Positions 44,312 to 53,159 of a stretch of 64,000 bases of DNA are shown piece by piece. The first letter of the stretch is position 1. Every line of letters begins with the position of its first letter. The stretch lies in assembly GCA_028289015.1 (NCBI GenBank), contig JAQGHC010000015.1, positions 9,210-73,209 of the forward strand, written 5' to 3'. The DNA is from Candidatus Saccharimonadota bacterium. GTDB lineage: Bacteria; Patescibacteriota; Saccharimonadia; Saccharimonadales; Saccharimonadaceae. A model generated the notes under the pieces. That model ran no database searches, had not been told where the DNA came from, and worked only from the letters and a program-made list of their open reading frames with translations. The position numbers and the translations under genes were made by a program.

Positions 44312-46369
44312 TTACTGGCGTGGTGGGATTGTCATGCTATCTCCCCGATTTTGCATGTACTGATTCGGGTTATTTTCGATTGCGGAAAGCGGTGTATTCG
44401 GTTGAGGTTGGGTTGAAAGTGGCCTAGGAATTTGCGATACGTATGGTTGCTGAGTTTGGGGAGGCGCGGACTGTTCGGGCGTCAGGGGTTGAAGTTGAGC
44501 AGGCTGTTGGTATGCTAACGTCGGCAGCGTAGCTGGCTGGGGTGCAGGAGTGGCGTAAGTAGCAGGCTGTGGCGCGACACTAGTCGGTATGGCTATATTC
44601 GTAAAGCCCATATTGTCTTGAAGCGGTATTTGCGGCGCACTCGTGCCGTCTTGGTAGGCGCCGTACATGCGAGTTTGGTCGTTTGCTTTGGCTTCTTGTC
44701 GTACGCTCGCCTCTTCGATCATCCGCATTGCGTCTTCGTGGCTGGTGCGAGGAAACTCGACAAAAAATGTACTACCTCGTTTGTATTCGCTATCTACCCA
44801 TATGCGCCCACCCATTGTTTCGGTCAGACGGCGACAAAGATATAATCCCAGTCCGGTGCCGCCAATTTCACGAGTTTCACTATTGTCGACACGATAAAAC
44901 TTTTGGAAAAGGTGTAGCTGGTCTTCCTTGGGTATGCCGATGCCGCTGTCGGCAATACTAATTTTAACGTGATCGTTGTCACCTGTAATATCGACGACGA
45001 CATCACCCTTGGGGGTGTACTTTATCGCATTTTCAATTAAGTTACCTATTACTTCTCGTAAGTGGTCATTATCAACGTTGATATAATACACCGGATTAAG
45101 ACGACGTTCGCTCGCGATATCGTCAGGGAGCGGTTTAAATAGTGTTACCAGTCCTTTTGCGTCTGCGTGCGGTTTAAGTCCTTGTATTATATCATGAGTA
45201 AACGTCACGATATCGACGACCTTTGGATTGTTGGATAGACGGCCGTCATCTGCTTTGGTGACATCCAGTAGGTCCTGGAATAGACGCCCAAGGTGCTGCG
45301 CCGATTCGTGGGCTTTGTTAATGAAATCTCGTGCGCGGACATCAATTGTTGCCGTCGCAGGGTTTAATGAGAGGCCGAGGTACCCTTCAATCGATGCGAC
45401 CGGTGTGCGCATTTCGTGGCTGGCGGTACTGATAAACTCAGCTTGTTCGCGTTCCTCTGATTTTTCTTTGGTGATATCGCGAAATACGATAATAACACCC
45501 GAGCCTAACTGCCCTGCAGGCGAGACATTAATTGAAACCAATATTTTTTTTTCAGAATTAGTAAGGAGAGACAGCATGTTGGTCGTGAGTTGTTTGTTGG
45601 TGGCGAGCGCTTCAGCGATTGGATCAGTCGCTGGCGTTACTTCCGCCCCATTTTTATCGAGTAATCTTAGGACGGACTTGTAGTCGAGTGCTAGCGCGTC
45701 TTGTTTGCCCCACCCTATGATTTGCTGTGCAGCCGGATTAATCAGCTGTATGAGTCCTTGACTATTGACCGCAATCACTCCGTCGGCAATGGCGTTGATG
45801 ACAACTTCTGATTTATTAGCTACTTGATTTAGCTCAGTGGCAAGGTCGCGGTACGCGCGGTTACTTGAATCGTCGCCAGCTGATTTTGTGTGCCAAATGA
45901 AATAACTTATAAGGAGTGGTAACTCTCCCGCAAGGACAACAGTGACAATAGACTCCCTGGAGAGTGATCCGCTGACATATTGTGTCACTATAAAGACCAT
46001 CATCGCGATAAACAGCGGCAAAATGCCATAGGCGCCAAATATGCCCGAAAAGACAGCGACCATCATCCAAAGAGCGATAAATGGCGACGAGTTACCCCCC
46101 GTACTAAGTATTAAGGCTGCCGATGTGATCGCAAGAACCATAAAAGCGGTCCACGAGCCCCAAAAGATGTATTTTTGTGGCGCCCAAAAGTACGAAGCTA
46201 AGCTGGCAAGACCTGCCGTGCCTGCTAATAATGCGACCGTGTCGCTAACAAGCAAAGCTGAACCAATATCATTTACACCCGTAAAGTACGCCCAGCAATA
46301 TAGCGCCAAAATAATGGACGCAACTAAGATAATCGCTTCGCAGATACGGCGATGCCAAAAGCGTGTCAA
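44312..46369 (-). CDS. sensor histidine kinase (multi-TM, PAS-like, HisKA, HATPase_c) with Pro/Gln-rich tail
   Basis: About 5-6 N-terminal TM helices are present. The H-box is FISTASHEMRTP, the N-box NLIENAIKYT, and the G-boxes DSGIGI and GTGLGL. The C-terminal ~110 aa are PQ-rich. The start is non-ATG (TTG) and uncertain. Confidence 0.85.
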   Translation of the reverse strand: MTRFWHRRICEAIILVASIILALYCWAYFTGVNDIGSALLVSDTVALLAGTAGLASLASYFWAPQKYIFWGSWTAFMVLAITSAALILSTGGNSSPFIALWMMVAVFSGIFGAYGILPLFIAMMVFIVTQYVSGSLSRESIVTVVLAGELPLLISYFIWHTKSAGDDSSNRAYRDLATELNQVANKSEVVINAIADGVIAVNSQGLIQLINPAAQQIIGWGKQDALALDYKSVLRLLDKNGAEVTPATDPIAEALATNKQLTTNMLSLLTNSEKKILVSINVSPAGQLGSGVIIVFRDITKEKSEEREQAEFISTASHEMRTPVASIEGYLGLSLNPATATIDVRARDFINKAHESAQHLGRLFQDLLDVTKADDGRLSNNPKVVDIVTFTHDIIQGLKPHADAKGLVTLFKPLPDDIASERRLNPVYYINVDNDHLREVIGNLIENAIKYTPKGDVVVDITGDNDHVKISIADSGIGIPKEDQLHLFQKFYRVDNSETREIGGTGLGLYLCRRLTETMGGRIWVDSEYKRGSTFFVEFPRTSHEDAMRMIEEASVRQEAKANDQTRMYGAYQDGTSAPQIPLQDNMGFTNIAIPTSVAPQPATYATPAPQPATLPTLAYQQPAQLQPLTPEQSAPPQTQQPYVSQIPRPLSTQPQPNTPLSAIENNPNQYMQNRGDSMTIPPRQ

Positions 46370-46466
46370 CGTTAATGGTTTGATTCGAGTGCCCCCTATT
46401 TATTCGGTATAATGCTTGTGCATGATTATGACGAAAAAAAACTGATTACGCAAGTTAAATTAAAAG

Positions 46467-46521
46467 CGCTTCGCGCTATACACAAAGAGCGCGAAGCATC
46501 TGTTGTGTATAGCGCGAAGCG
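46467..46521 (-). terminator. 19-bp perfect hairpin terminator
   Basis: CGCTTCGCGCTATACACAA (46467-46485) pairs with TTGTGTATAGCGCGAAGCG (46503-46521). On the minus strand it is followed by CTTTTAATTT, just downstream of the 46529..46822 stop. Confidence 0.7.
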
Positions 46522-46528
46522 GTACCTT

Positions 46529-46822
46529 TTATGTGGAGTCGGCGGTGGGCGTGTAGGCGTGGCCAAGACGAGCTTTCATCGGGTCATCAAGACGGACAAT
46601 TGAGGCCTTGATGCCAGCCAGATCGCGCTTGAGCTTTTCAAGCAGATCGGTGTCATCCGGATCAGTGTCTTCGATCTTTGCCGCTATGGCGTCTCGCTTG
46701 TTGGCCAGTTCTTTGAGGTCCCTTCTGACATGTGTGACCGGTCGAAGTATTTCTCCGATATTGATGCTCAGTACTGGTGCAATGAGCTTGTCTGTCTGAT
46801 TATCATCGGACATCTTCTTCAC
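46529..46822 (-). CDS. hypothetical coiled-coil protein
   Basis: ORF with a GAAGGTGA SD-like element upstream and a terminator downstream. Confidence 0.5.
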   Translation of the reverse strand: MKKMSDDNQTDKLIAPVLSINIGEILRPVTHVRRDLKELANKRDAIAAKIEDTDPDDTDLLEKLKRDLAGIKASIVRLDDPMKARLGHAYTPTADST

Positions 46823-47141
46823 CTTCTCTCGTTGTTAAGGTAATTTTATTAAAACACGACTATTACGCCATGTGCAAGTAAATTGAGCGGCGTTCGATGA
46901 CTAGAGTTTGCAGGGCGGCGTCGCGGATACTGGTATTGCGTACTCAATCACTAACTGCTTTGACTCCCCCCCTTTTTTTGTATGGCGAGTTTGTTTCTAT
47001 AAGCTGTTGTAGGTGTGGGCTATGGCCAGTTAACTCCTTCCGGCCTATATCCTCAGCCGGTATTGGTGCATGACAGCGACCCAATAAGCGGATTGCTTAA
47101 CGTTCAACACCATTTAGTATTATGTTATTTTTTGTAACGCA

Positions 47142-47219
47142 TTAATCAGTAATGCTAATAACGACGATGATGACCAATAGTTCAACAATCGTAAAACTTT
47201 TTTGTTTTCGTGCCCACAT
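47142..47219 (-). pseudogene. truncated pilin N-terminal fragment
   Basis: The minus strand encodes MWARKQKSFTIVELLVIIVVISITD*. This is a pilin leader plus alpha-1 helix with Ser replacing the cleavage-site Gly, and a stop after 25 codons. Confidence 0.55.
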
Positions 47220-47314
47220 AACTAGTCAAGAGTATAAAGCACGACCATTATAGCGTTAATCTGCCAAATAAAAAGAGGACGTCGATTACGCCCTCTTTTT
47301 ATCTATCTTTTCTA

Positions 47315-47566
47315 CTAATTGATACTTAGTAGTGTCCAGCTACCGCCGTGGTTATCGCTACGTAAACGGTAATCATTTGCGCCGTCGCTCAATGTGAGGA
47401 TCTGCGCAATACGTTCGCCGCTACGTATGACGGTGCGGATACCAGCATCGAGGAATTGGTAGCTTGTGCCACCGTATTCCATGCGACGCGGGTATGCTCG
47501 CAGGTCACGTCCGAATCCCATTGCCGTGATTGTGACTGGGGTGTTGATAGTTGTTGATTGGTTCAT
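47315..47566 (-). CDS. hypothetical protein
   Basis: ORF only (83 aa). GAGGAG lies upstream of the ATG. Confidence 0.45.
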   Translation of the reverse strand: MNQSTTINTPVTITAMGFGRDLRAYPRRMEYGGTSYQFLDAGIRTVIRSGERIAQILTLSDGANDYRLRSDNHGGSWTLLSIN

Positions 47567-47912
47567 ATTCTTACTCCTCGAGATATTTGATTGATTTATT
47601 TTTGGTAAATAAAAAAACTGACAACAAGAAAGATGGTCAGCTGCGGATTTATGAGTAAGCTACGAGGAGACAAATAAGCACCGCCTGCTATTTGCTGTAT
47701 CACCTGAAGTAGCGATTGAATATGTAGTTCGGCAGGGACGCTTGGCTGAATGTCCGGAGACGCAGCTAGTGTGTATGTCGACTATTTGTTTAGTTAGTCT
47801 GTCAGTAAAAAGGCTCTCCACCAGTACTCACATGACCTCTCTTAGTATAGCGCGTCGGTCAGTTGAGGCGTCAAGAGGAAAAGTTGCCGTAATTTATGTT
47901 CTAAGTAGAAAA

Positions 47913-48476
47913 TTAATTCGTGTAGCCGCCAGTGACCCAGGCGCCGTTATCAGCCCAGTTCCTAGAGGTGCAGCTAAAGCCAGGACTGGCGGGATGGGTT
48001 TGTCCAGATGGCACGGCGTCCATGCGTGTGGCACCGAGAATGTAATAAGGTCCGCGAGCCACATCACATCCGTTCGTCCCTGCTCCATAAACGTAATAAA
48101 AGTATTCATAGGTGTTGGCCGTGAAACTCGGGTTAAGTACGGTACCTGTGTTGACCGGATCGACAGGGACTTTTCGGATAACGTTACTGCTCACGAGTGC
48201 TGAAAGGAAATTCGTCGCGACGTTATTGCCGTCTGTACTCACCTCCCAATCTGACGCGTTTGGCGTAGCAACGCGTGCTGGATAGGTGCCATTATTTATT
48301 TTGTATAGCTCAAGCGCTTTTACTATCGAGGTAAGATCGGACACGCGCTGGGTATCACGCGCCTTGCCCTGGATGCCGTTGTAGGCAACGACCGTAATTG
48401 CCGCAAGAATGCCAATCACCACGATAACGATGAGAAGTTCCACGATAGTAAAGCCTTTTTGTTTTTGAAAATTCAT
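47913..48476 (-). CDS. type IV pilin-like protein
   Basis: MNFQKQKG|FTIVELLIVIVVIGILAAITVVAYNG is a class III signal. The C-terminal globular part has Cys residues. Confidence 0.85.
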   Translation of the reverse strand: MNFQKQKGFTIVELLIVIVVIGILAAITVVAYNGIQGKARDTQRVSDLTSIVKALELYKINNGTYPARVATPNASDWEVSTDGNNVATNFLSALVSSNVIRKVPVDPVNTGTVLNPSFTANTYEYFYYVYGAGTNGCDVARGPYYILGATRMDAVPSGQTHPASPGFSCTSRNWADNGAWVTGGYTN

Positions 48477-48486
48477 CAGTGTCTAA

Positions 48487-48515
48487 AGTATAGGGTATAA
48501 GCATTGCGTCGTCAA
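48487..48515 (-). promoter_or_regulatory. sigma70-type promoter of the pilin gene
   Basis: On the minus strand: TTGACG (48515-48510), a 17-bp spacer, then TATACT (48492-48487). The ATG follows 10 nt later and there is no SD. Confidence 0.65.
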
Positions 48516-48536
48516 AAAAAGTATTGCAAGGTGATT

Positions 48537-49253
48537 TTAGGTGCGGTTGGGGTTTGTGAATCCGTAACGCTCCCCTTGTTTCCAGGCTGAGGCTACGTTA
48601 CCTTCGGCCGGAATTCCTCCATTATCTTTTAGGCGTCTGGCTGTATGGAGGAGGTTATATGTCATAAAGGTAATATTACGGTTAGTGAAATCATTTTCCG
48701 GCCCCCTTGACCCCTTGTCAAGGTAGCTTGGTCCGGGGCCAACTTCACCAATCCATCCGGCGTCCGCCTGCGGTGGAATGGTAAAGCCGATATGTTGCAG
48801 ACTATAAAGAACGTTCATGGCACAGTGTTTTAGGCCGTCTTCATTACCGCCGATTAGGCAGCCACCGACTTTGCCGTAATAAATCCACTGCCCTGCTGCA
48901 TTAACTTCGGCAGAATTGCCGTAGAGTCGCTCGATGATTTTTTTCATCTGAGAACTATTGTCACCTAGCCAAATCGGTCCAGCTAGTATGACGATGTCGG
49001 CATCGAGTACTTTTTGATAAATACTTTCCGCCCAGGCATCTGTTTGCCAGCCACGCTCGCGCATGTCAGGATACACGCCCGTGGCGATGTCCAAATCGAC
49101 CGTTCGAATAACTTCACTAGTCACATTAAGGTGTTGGAGGAGCTGGCGACTGGCGTCAATCAGGCCGTCCGTGTTGCTGCGTTCCGGCGATTTTTTGAGT
49201 GTGCCATTGAAAAATAAAACTTTAAGATCAGAAAAGTTGTATGTCTGCGTCAT
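48537..49253 (-). CDS. flavodoxin-like fold NAD(P)H-dependent oxidoreductase
   Basis: KVLFFNGTLKKSPERSNT...IVILAGPIWLGDNSSQMKKIIERL is the pattern of NADPH-dependent FMN reductase-like proteins. Confidence 0.6.
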   Translation of the reverse strand: MTQTYNFSDLKVLFFNGTLKKSPERSNTDGLIDASRQLLQHLNVTSEVIRTVDLDIATGVYPDMRERGWQTDAWAESIYQKVLDADIVILAGPIWLGDNSSQMKKIIERLYGNSAEVNAAGQWIYYGKVGGCLIGGNEDGLKHCAMNVLYSLQHIGFTIPPQADAGWIGEVGPGPSYLDKGSRGPENDFTNRNITFMTYNLLHTARRLKDNGGIPAEGNVASAWKQGERYGFTNPNRT

Positions 49254-49345
49254 AACATCCTCCTTATATTAACTATATGGTTCCCTCTTTAGTATACTGC
49301 CCTTCAGGTAAATGGGTGGCGGTGTCGCTGTTTGTCTGATGCTGT

Positions 49346-50587
49346 ATGATAGATATAATGACAACGGCAAAAATTAAACATAGCAAAAAAGAACTCCTAT
49401 GGGGGCGCATCGCTGCAAAGACGGTATATTTTATGCTAGGTGTTGGCAGTGGAACGTTTGCCGCCAATATCCCCCGCTTAAAAGATAGTTTGGATTTGAG
49501 CGCAGGTACGCTTGGACTGGCGCTACTGTGCTGCTCACTCGGCGGATTTGTGGCGATGCAGTTTGCCGCGCCCCTGATTAAAAAATTAGGTCTCCGTATA
49601 CTACTATCGATCATCGGTCCCGTCTTCCCTCTTGTTTTGATTTTAATTGCGGCGTCGGGCAGTTTTACTATGCTGGCGGTCGCTTTCGCGCTTTTTGGTG
49701 GTCTGACGAGTATTGTCGGTATTGCCGTTAACGCCCAGGCGATTGATATCGAAAAAGCCTATGCTAAATCAATCATGAGCAGTTTCCATGCTCTATTTAG
49801 CGTAGGAGGATTGATCGGAGCGGGAGTCGGTGGTCTAATGGCGGTATATGACTTTACTATCGTGCAGAGCATGTCGCTGATTGCGTTGAGTCTATCGGTG
49901 CTCGGGGTATTAATTATTACCAAGCTGTTCGATGTGACAAAATATGACTACACAGAAGACCACACGGTGATTGAAGCCCCGCACAAACACCACAAGGCTA
50001 AATGGTGGCGCCAGGTACTGCTGATCGGTGGCTTGATTTTTATATGCTACCTTACTGAGGGTGCAATTGCAGATTGGACGGCGATTCATATCAAGGCCGA
50101 GCACGGCGTCGGGCCATTTATCGCAGTTTTTGCGTACATGATATTTAATGCATGCATGACTATCGGTCGATTTTCGGGCGATGCAATTATCCGTCGCTTC
50201 GGTTCGCTCGAAACCCTTATGACTGGTGGTATATTGGCGGCTATCGGTTTGTCGGTCGGTCTGCTTTCATCGAATCTTGCTGTCGCGCTTGTCGGCTTTG
50301 GCGTTGTCGGAATCGGCTTGTCGGTGCTCGTGCCAATTTTGATTTCGATGGCGGGCAACCTGTCTGGCGGTGACCGCAACGTGGCGATTGCCCGTGCTAG
50401 CACTTGTGGCAGTATCGGACTAATGACAGGCCCAGCGGCAATCGGATTTATTGCCGAAAGTCATAGTTTACTTGTGGCGATGATGATTCCGGTAGTTCTG
50501 TTGGTAATTCTAAGCGCTATAGCATTTATGATGCGTCCTTCTATAGTGATGAAATACCGAAAAGCAGACGTCTTGCCGACGCTCTAA
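49346..50587 (+). CDS. MFS transporter
   Basis: About 12 TM helices in a 6+6 arrangement with a central loop. The start may be the second ATG (49358). Confidence 0.75.
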   Translation: MIDIMTTAKIKHSKKELLWGRIAAKTVYFMLGVGSGTFAANIPRLKDSLDLSAGTLGLALLCCSLGGFVAMQFAAPLIKKLGLRILLSIIGPVFPLVLILIAASGSFTMLAVAFALFGGLTSIVGIAVNAQAIDIEKAYAKSIMSSFHALFSVGGLIGAGVGGLMAVYDFTIVQSMSLIALSLSVLGVLIITKLFDVTKYDYTEDHTVIEAPHKHHKAKWWRQVLLIGGLIFICYLTEGAIADWTAIHIKAEHGVGPFIAVFAYMIFNACMTIGRFSGDAIIRRFGSLETLMTGGILAAIGLSVGLLSSNLAVALVGFGVVGIGLSVLVPILISMAGNLSGGDRNVAIARASTCGSIGLMTGPAAIGFIAESHSLLVAMMIPVVLLVILSAIAFMMRPSIVMKYRKADVLPTL

Positions 50588-50722
50588 AATAAAGTATGCC
50601 CGACACGCAGAATAAATTGTAGTCGAGGGCGATGTCACCCTTAGCTGTTTATGGCTGAAGTCGACGGTAGTTTCGCATAATGCGCACGACTATAAGCACC
50701 ATGCTGATCGCGGATGTGATCG

Positions 50723-51019
50723 TTATGATAGTCGGCACACATGGCGAATTCTTGCCGCTGTCTGTAAACGAGCATGCGACTTTTGCCTTTTATACCTTCG
50801 GGAATTTTGAAGCTGTAACGAGCCGTGGCTTCGTCGGATAGTATCCACTTCAGCTAAAGTCATTTGGATTGGTTTTGTCGGTCCCATTGTTATCAGTTGT
50901 GTAATCATATTTATTTCAGTCATCCCGCTGACGGAGAAAGCTTTTACTGGACGCACCGGTTGGGCTGCATGCACGCGTCGGACGAGCGTGCTGATGCTGT
51001 AGTTTGTTCGATAGATCAT
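50723..51019 (-). CDS. doubtful small ORF overlapping the helicase stop (TAATG)
   Basis: The ATG shares its A with the helicase TAA stop. The C-terminal half is Arg-rich and looks out of frame. A more protein-like reading continues in another frame. Confidence 0.2.
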   Translation of the reverse strand: MIYRTNYSISTLVRRVHAAQPVRPVKAFSVSGMTEINMITQLITMGPTKPIQMTLAEVDTIRRSHGSLQLQNSRRYKRQKSHARLQTAARIRHVCRLS

Positions 51020-53001
51020 TATCCAACAAACGGCTCTTGTAGCATGTATCCGATCCGTGTGACGATCATTTCCGCTTTATTCATTTCTATCATTGTCTGA
51101 GCAGTGTACAGGGAGACTCCCCTGTGCGTACGTGCTCGGAAGCGTTTGGTAAAAATGAGGTCATCCTTACCCGTCACTACACCCCTGACGACATCATCAA
51201 ACTCCGCAAGCGGCAGATCTGGCCGGTTGTATTTACGTTGAATGATTCCCGCTAAGTCATGTAGATTGACGTATTTCTTGCTACCAACCATCATGCCGTG
51301 CCCACGCTGACCGCTGTCTGGTAGTTCGGCAATTCGTTGATGAATTTGCTGTTCGTCGTATGCATCAACTGCCTCGTAGTTGCTACGGACCTGCCTGGTC
51401 TCGACGTTCGGATGAAGATATTCAAGCATAAAGCTATCAATGTTGTAACGTTTCTTGAGTCGGTATGCCGAAGCGAATGTTCGGACTTGGCCTTCCTGTT
51501 TGATGACGGCCTGCCCTCTAGTAAGTTGCGGTAGGGTTTCTAGTAGCGCGGCGTACTGCGTGTAAAGATTTTTGACGTGAGTGATTGGCTGATAGGTTGA
51601 CGATAGTTCATCGATGACTGCTGTCATTTCCTCCAGCTGCTGAGGATTTGCGTTGCCGATAGGTGCCCCACTTTTTACTGTGTCTAGTGTAAAAATGTCG
51701 GCCATTGACACTTGCGGCGCAGTCGCAGAAGAGATCTGATCAAGGATATCAAGCGCGATGGCTGGACGCCCATCCGGCTTATTGCGAAGAATACGTCCCA
51801 TGCGCTGACGCGCGGCAACCAACGAACGTGTTGGCCGGGCGTTGATAATCACATTAGCGCGCTGACTGTCCCAGCCTTCGGTCAAGACGTCGATATATGT
51901 TAACGCATCGATGTCGCCACTTTCAAGCTGGGCATAATATGCTTGTCGGTGGATCGCAGACACGGCACTGGTGATGGCGACGGCCCGAATCAACCGCTCT
52001 GTCCCATCCGGCAGCGTGATTATACGTTCAGAAAGCTGTTCGGCAATATGCTGCGGGTGCAACATATTATCGCCAGGAATACAGGCAATAATCGGCGTGT
52101 TGCCTGCCTGGATAAGTCGCGCCGCGATATCAACGATCATGTGATTACGTAACGGGTTGTAGATAAGCTCCTTAAGGCTCTTGTTTTCATACTCCCCTAA
52201 CGCGCCGATAACAAATTTTTGCGCAATCGATGTTGGGGCGGCAAAGGCGACAGGAATGACGGGCGACAACATGTTCAGCATGATTGCTTCTTTTAAATCT
52301 AGCCGGTGAATAAGGTGTGGTAGTAACGTTGCTAGGCTGCGCGATGCGTTGTATTCCGGCGTGGCCGTAAAACCAATAATCAATTTTTCGTCGGCAATAT
52401 TATCAATGATGCGACGGTTTGCGACGCCAAGGGCCTTGTGTCCTTCATCAAGAAAAATGATGTCAAATTTTGCATTGATTTGATTGACAATGCGTGTTTG
52501 TAGGCCGCCGTCTTGGCGTTGGACGGTAATTGGCATTGCAGCAAGTTTAGGCAACGAGGCATATGTGGTGATCGTTACCTGCGCCTCGAGCCCCTTTAGG
52601 CCTGTTGGAGTGTCGCTGTAAAACGTCCCAACGCTTAAATCGGGTGCGAAGCCAGCAAATCCTTTGTCGCCACGGGTGCCGCCTTGGGTTTGCCGGACAA
52701 GGTCTTTTGTCGGTGTGACAACAAGGATTTTTGGTGGCATCGCATCTTGATAGCCGAATGCTTCAGCGAGCGTGACGAATAGTACGGTTTTACCAGTACC
52801 GGTTGGCGCTTCAATATAGCCGCGCTGACCGCCGGCACCTAGAAAGCGCGCGGTGTCATGGACGATATTTTTTTGGTACTCATAAAGAATATCGCTTTTT
52901 TGCTCATCGGCGATGTAGCGTTCTAGATTACGAAAAAACCGCTCGCTACGTGCGTGAGGCTCGTTTTCCGGGTACGGCACAATCGTTGAGTTTGTATTCA
53001 T
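51019..53001 (-). CDS. SF2 helicase (ResIII/DEAD-like core) with unassigned ~230-aa C-terminal domain
   Basis: Motif I is APTGTGKT, motif II DEGH, motif III TATP and motif VI QRMGRILR. ATG 53001 lies 12 nt downstream of TGaTATAAT. Confidence 0.75.
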   Translation of the reverse strand: MNTNSTIVPYPENEPHARSERFFRNLERYIADEQKSDILYEYQKNIVHDTARFLGAGGQRGYIEAPTGTGKTVLFVTLAEAFGYQDAMPPKILVVTPTKDLVRQTQGGTRGDKGFAGFAPDLSVGTFYSDTPTGLKGLEAQVTITTYASLPKLAAMPITVQRQDGGLQTRIVNQINAKFDIIFLDEGHKALGVANRRIIDNIADEKLIIGFTATPEYNASRSLATLLPHLIHRLDLKEAIMLNMLSPVIPVAFAAPTSIAQKFVIGALGEYENKSLKELIYNPLRNHMIVDIAARLIQAGNTPIIACIPGDNMLHPQHIAEQLSERIITLPDGTERLIRAVAITSAVSAIHRQAYYAQLESGDIDALTYIDVLTEGWDSQRANVIINARPTRSLVAARQRMGRILRNKPDGRPAIALDILDQISSATAPQVSMADIFTLDTVKSGAPIGNANPQQLEEMTAVIDELSSTYQPITHVKNLYTQYAALLETLPQLTRGQAVIKQEGQVRTFASAYRLKKRYNIDSFMLEYLHPNVETRQVRSNYEAVDAYDEQQIHQRIAELPDSGQRGHGMMVGSKKYVNLHDLAGIIQRKYNRPDLPLAEFDDVVRGVVTGKDDLIFTKRFRARTHRGVSLYTAQTMIEMNKAEMIVTRIGYMLQEPFVG

Positions 53002-53094
53002 AATCAATGTATAATTATATCATTTTTTGCATGATAACTTACCTGTAAGGCGATTAAGCTGTGGACTTTGACAAATAACGTAAAATACAATAAC

Positions 53095-53122
53095 TTGACA
53101 AATATGCAAACAGGTATATAAT
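53095..53122 (+). promoter_or_regulatory. sigma70-type promoter
   Basis: TTGACA (53095-53100), a 16-bp spacer, then TATAAT (53117-53122). A second TTGACAAATA copy lies at 53068. Confidence 0.65.
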
Positions 53123-53159
53123 CTCAACTGTCTACTCGTAATGTACAAAGGAGTTGTAT

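Noticed and set aside
47742-48203. 153-aa plus-strand ORF
   Set aside because: It overlaps, in antisense, the well-supported pilin gene at 47913..48476.
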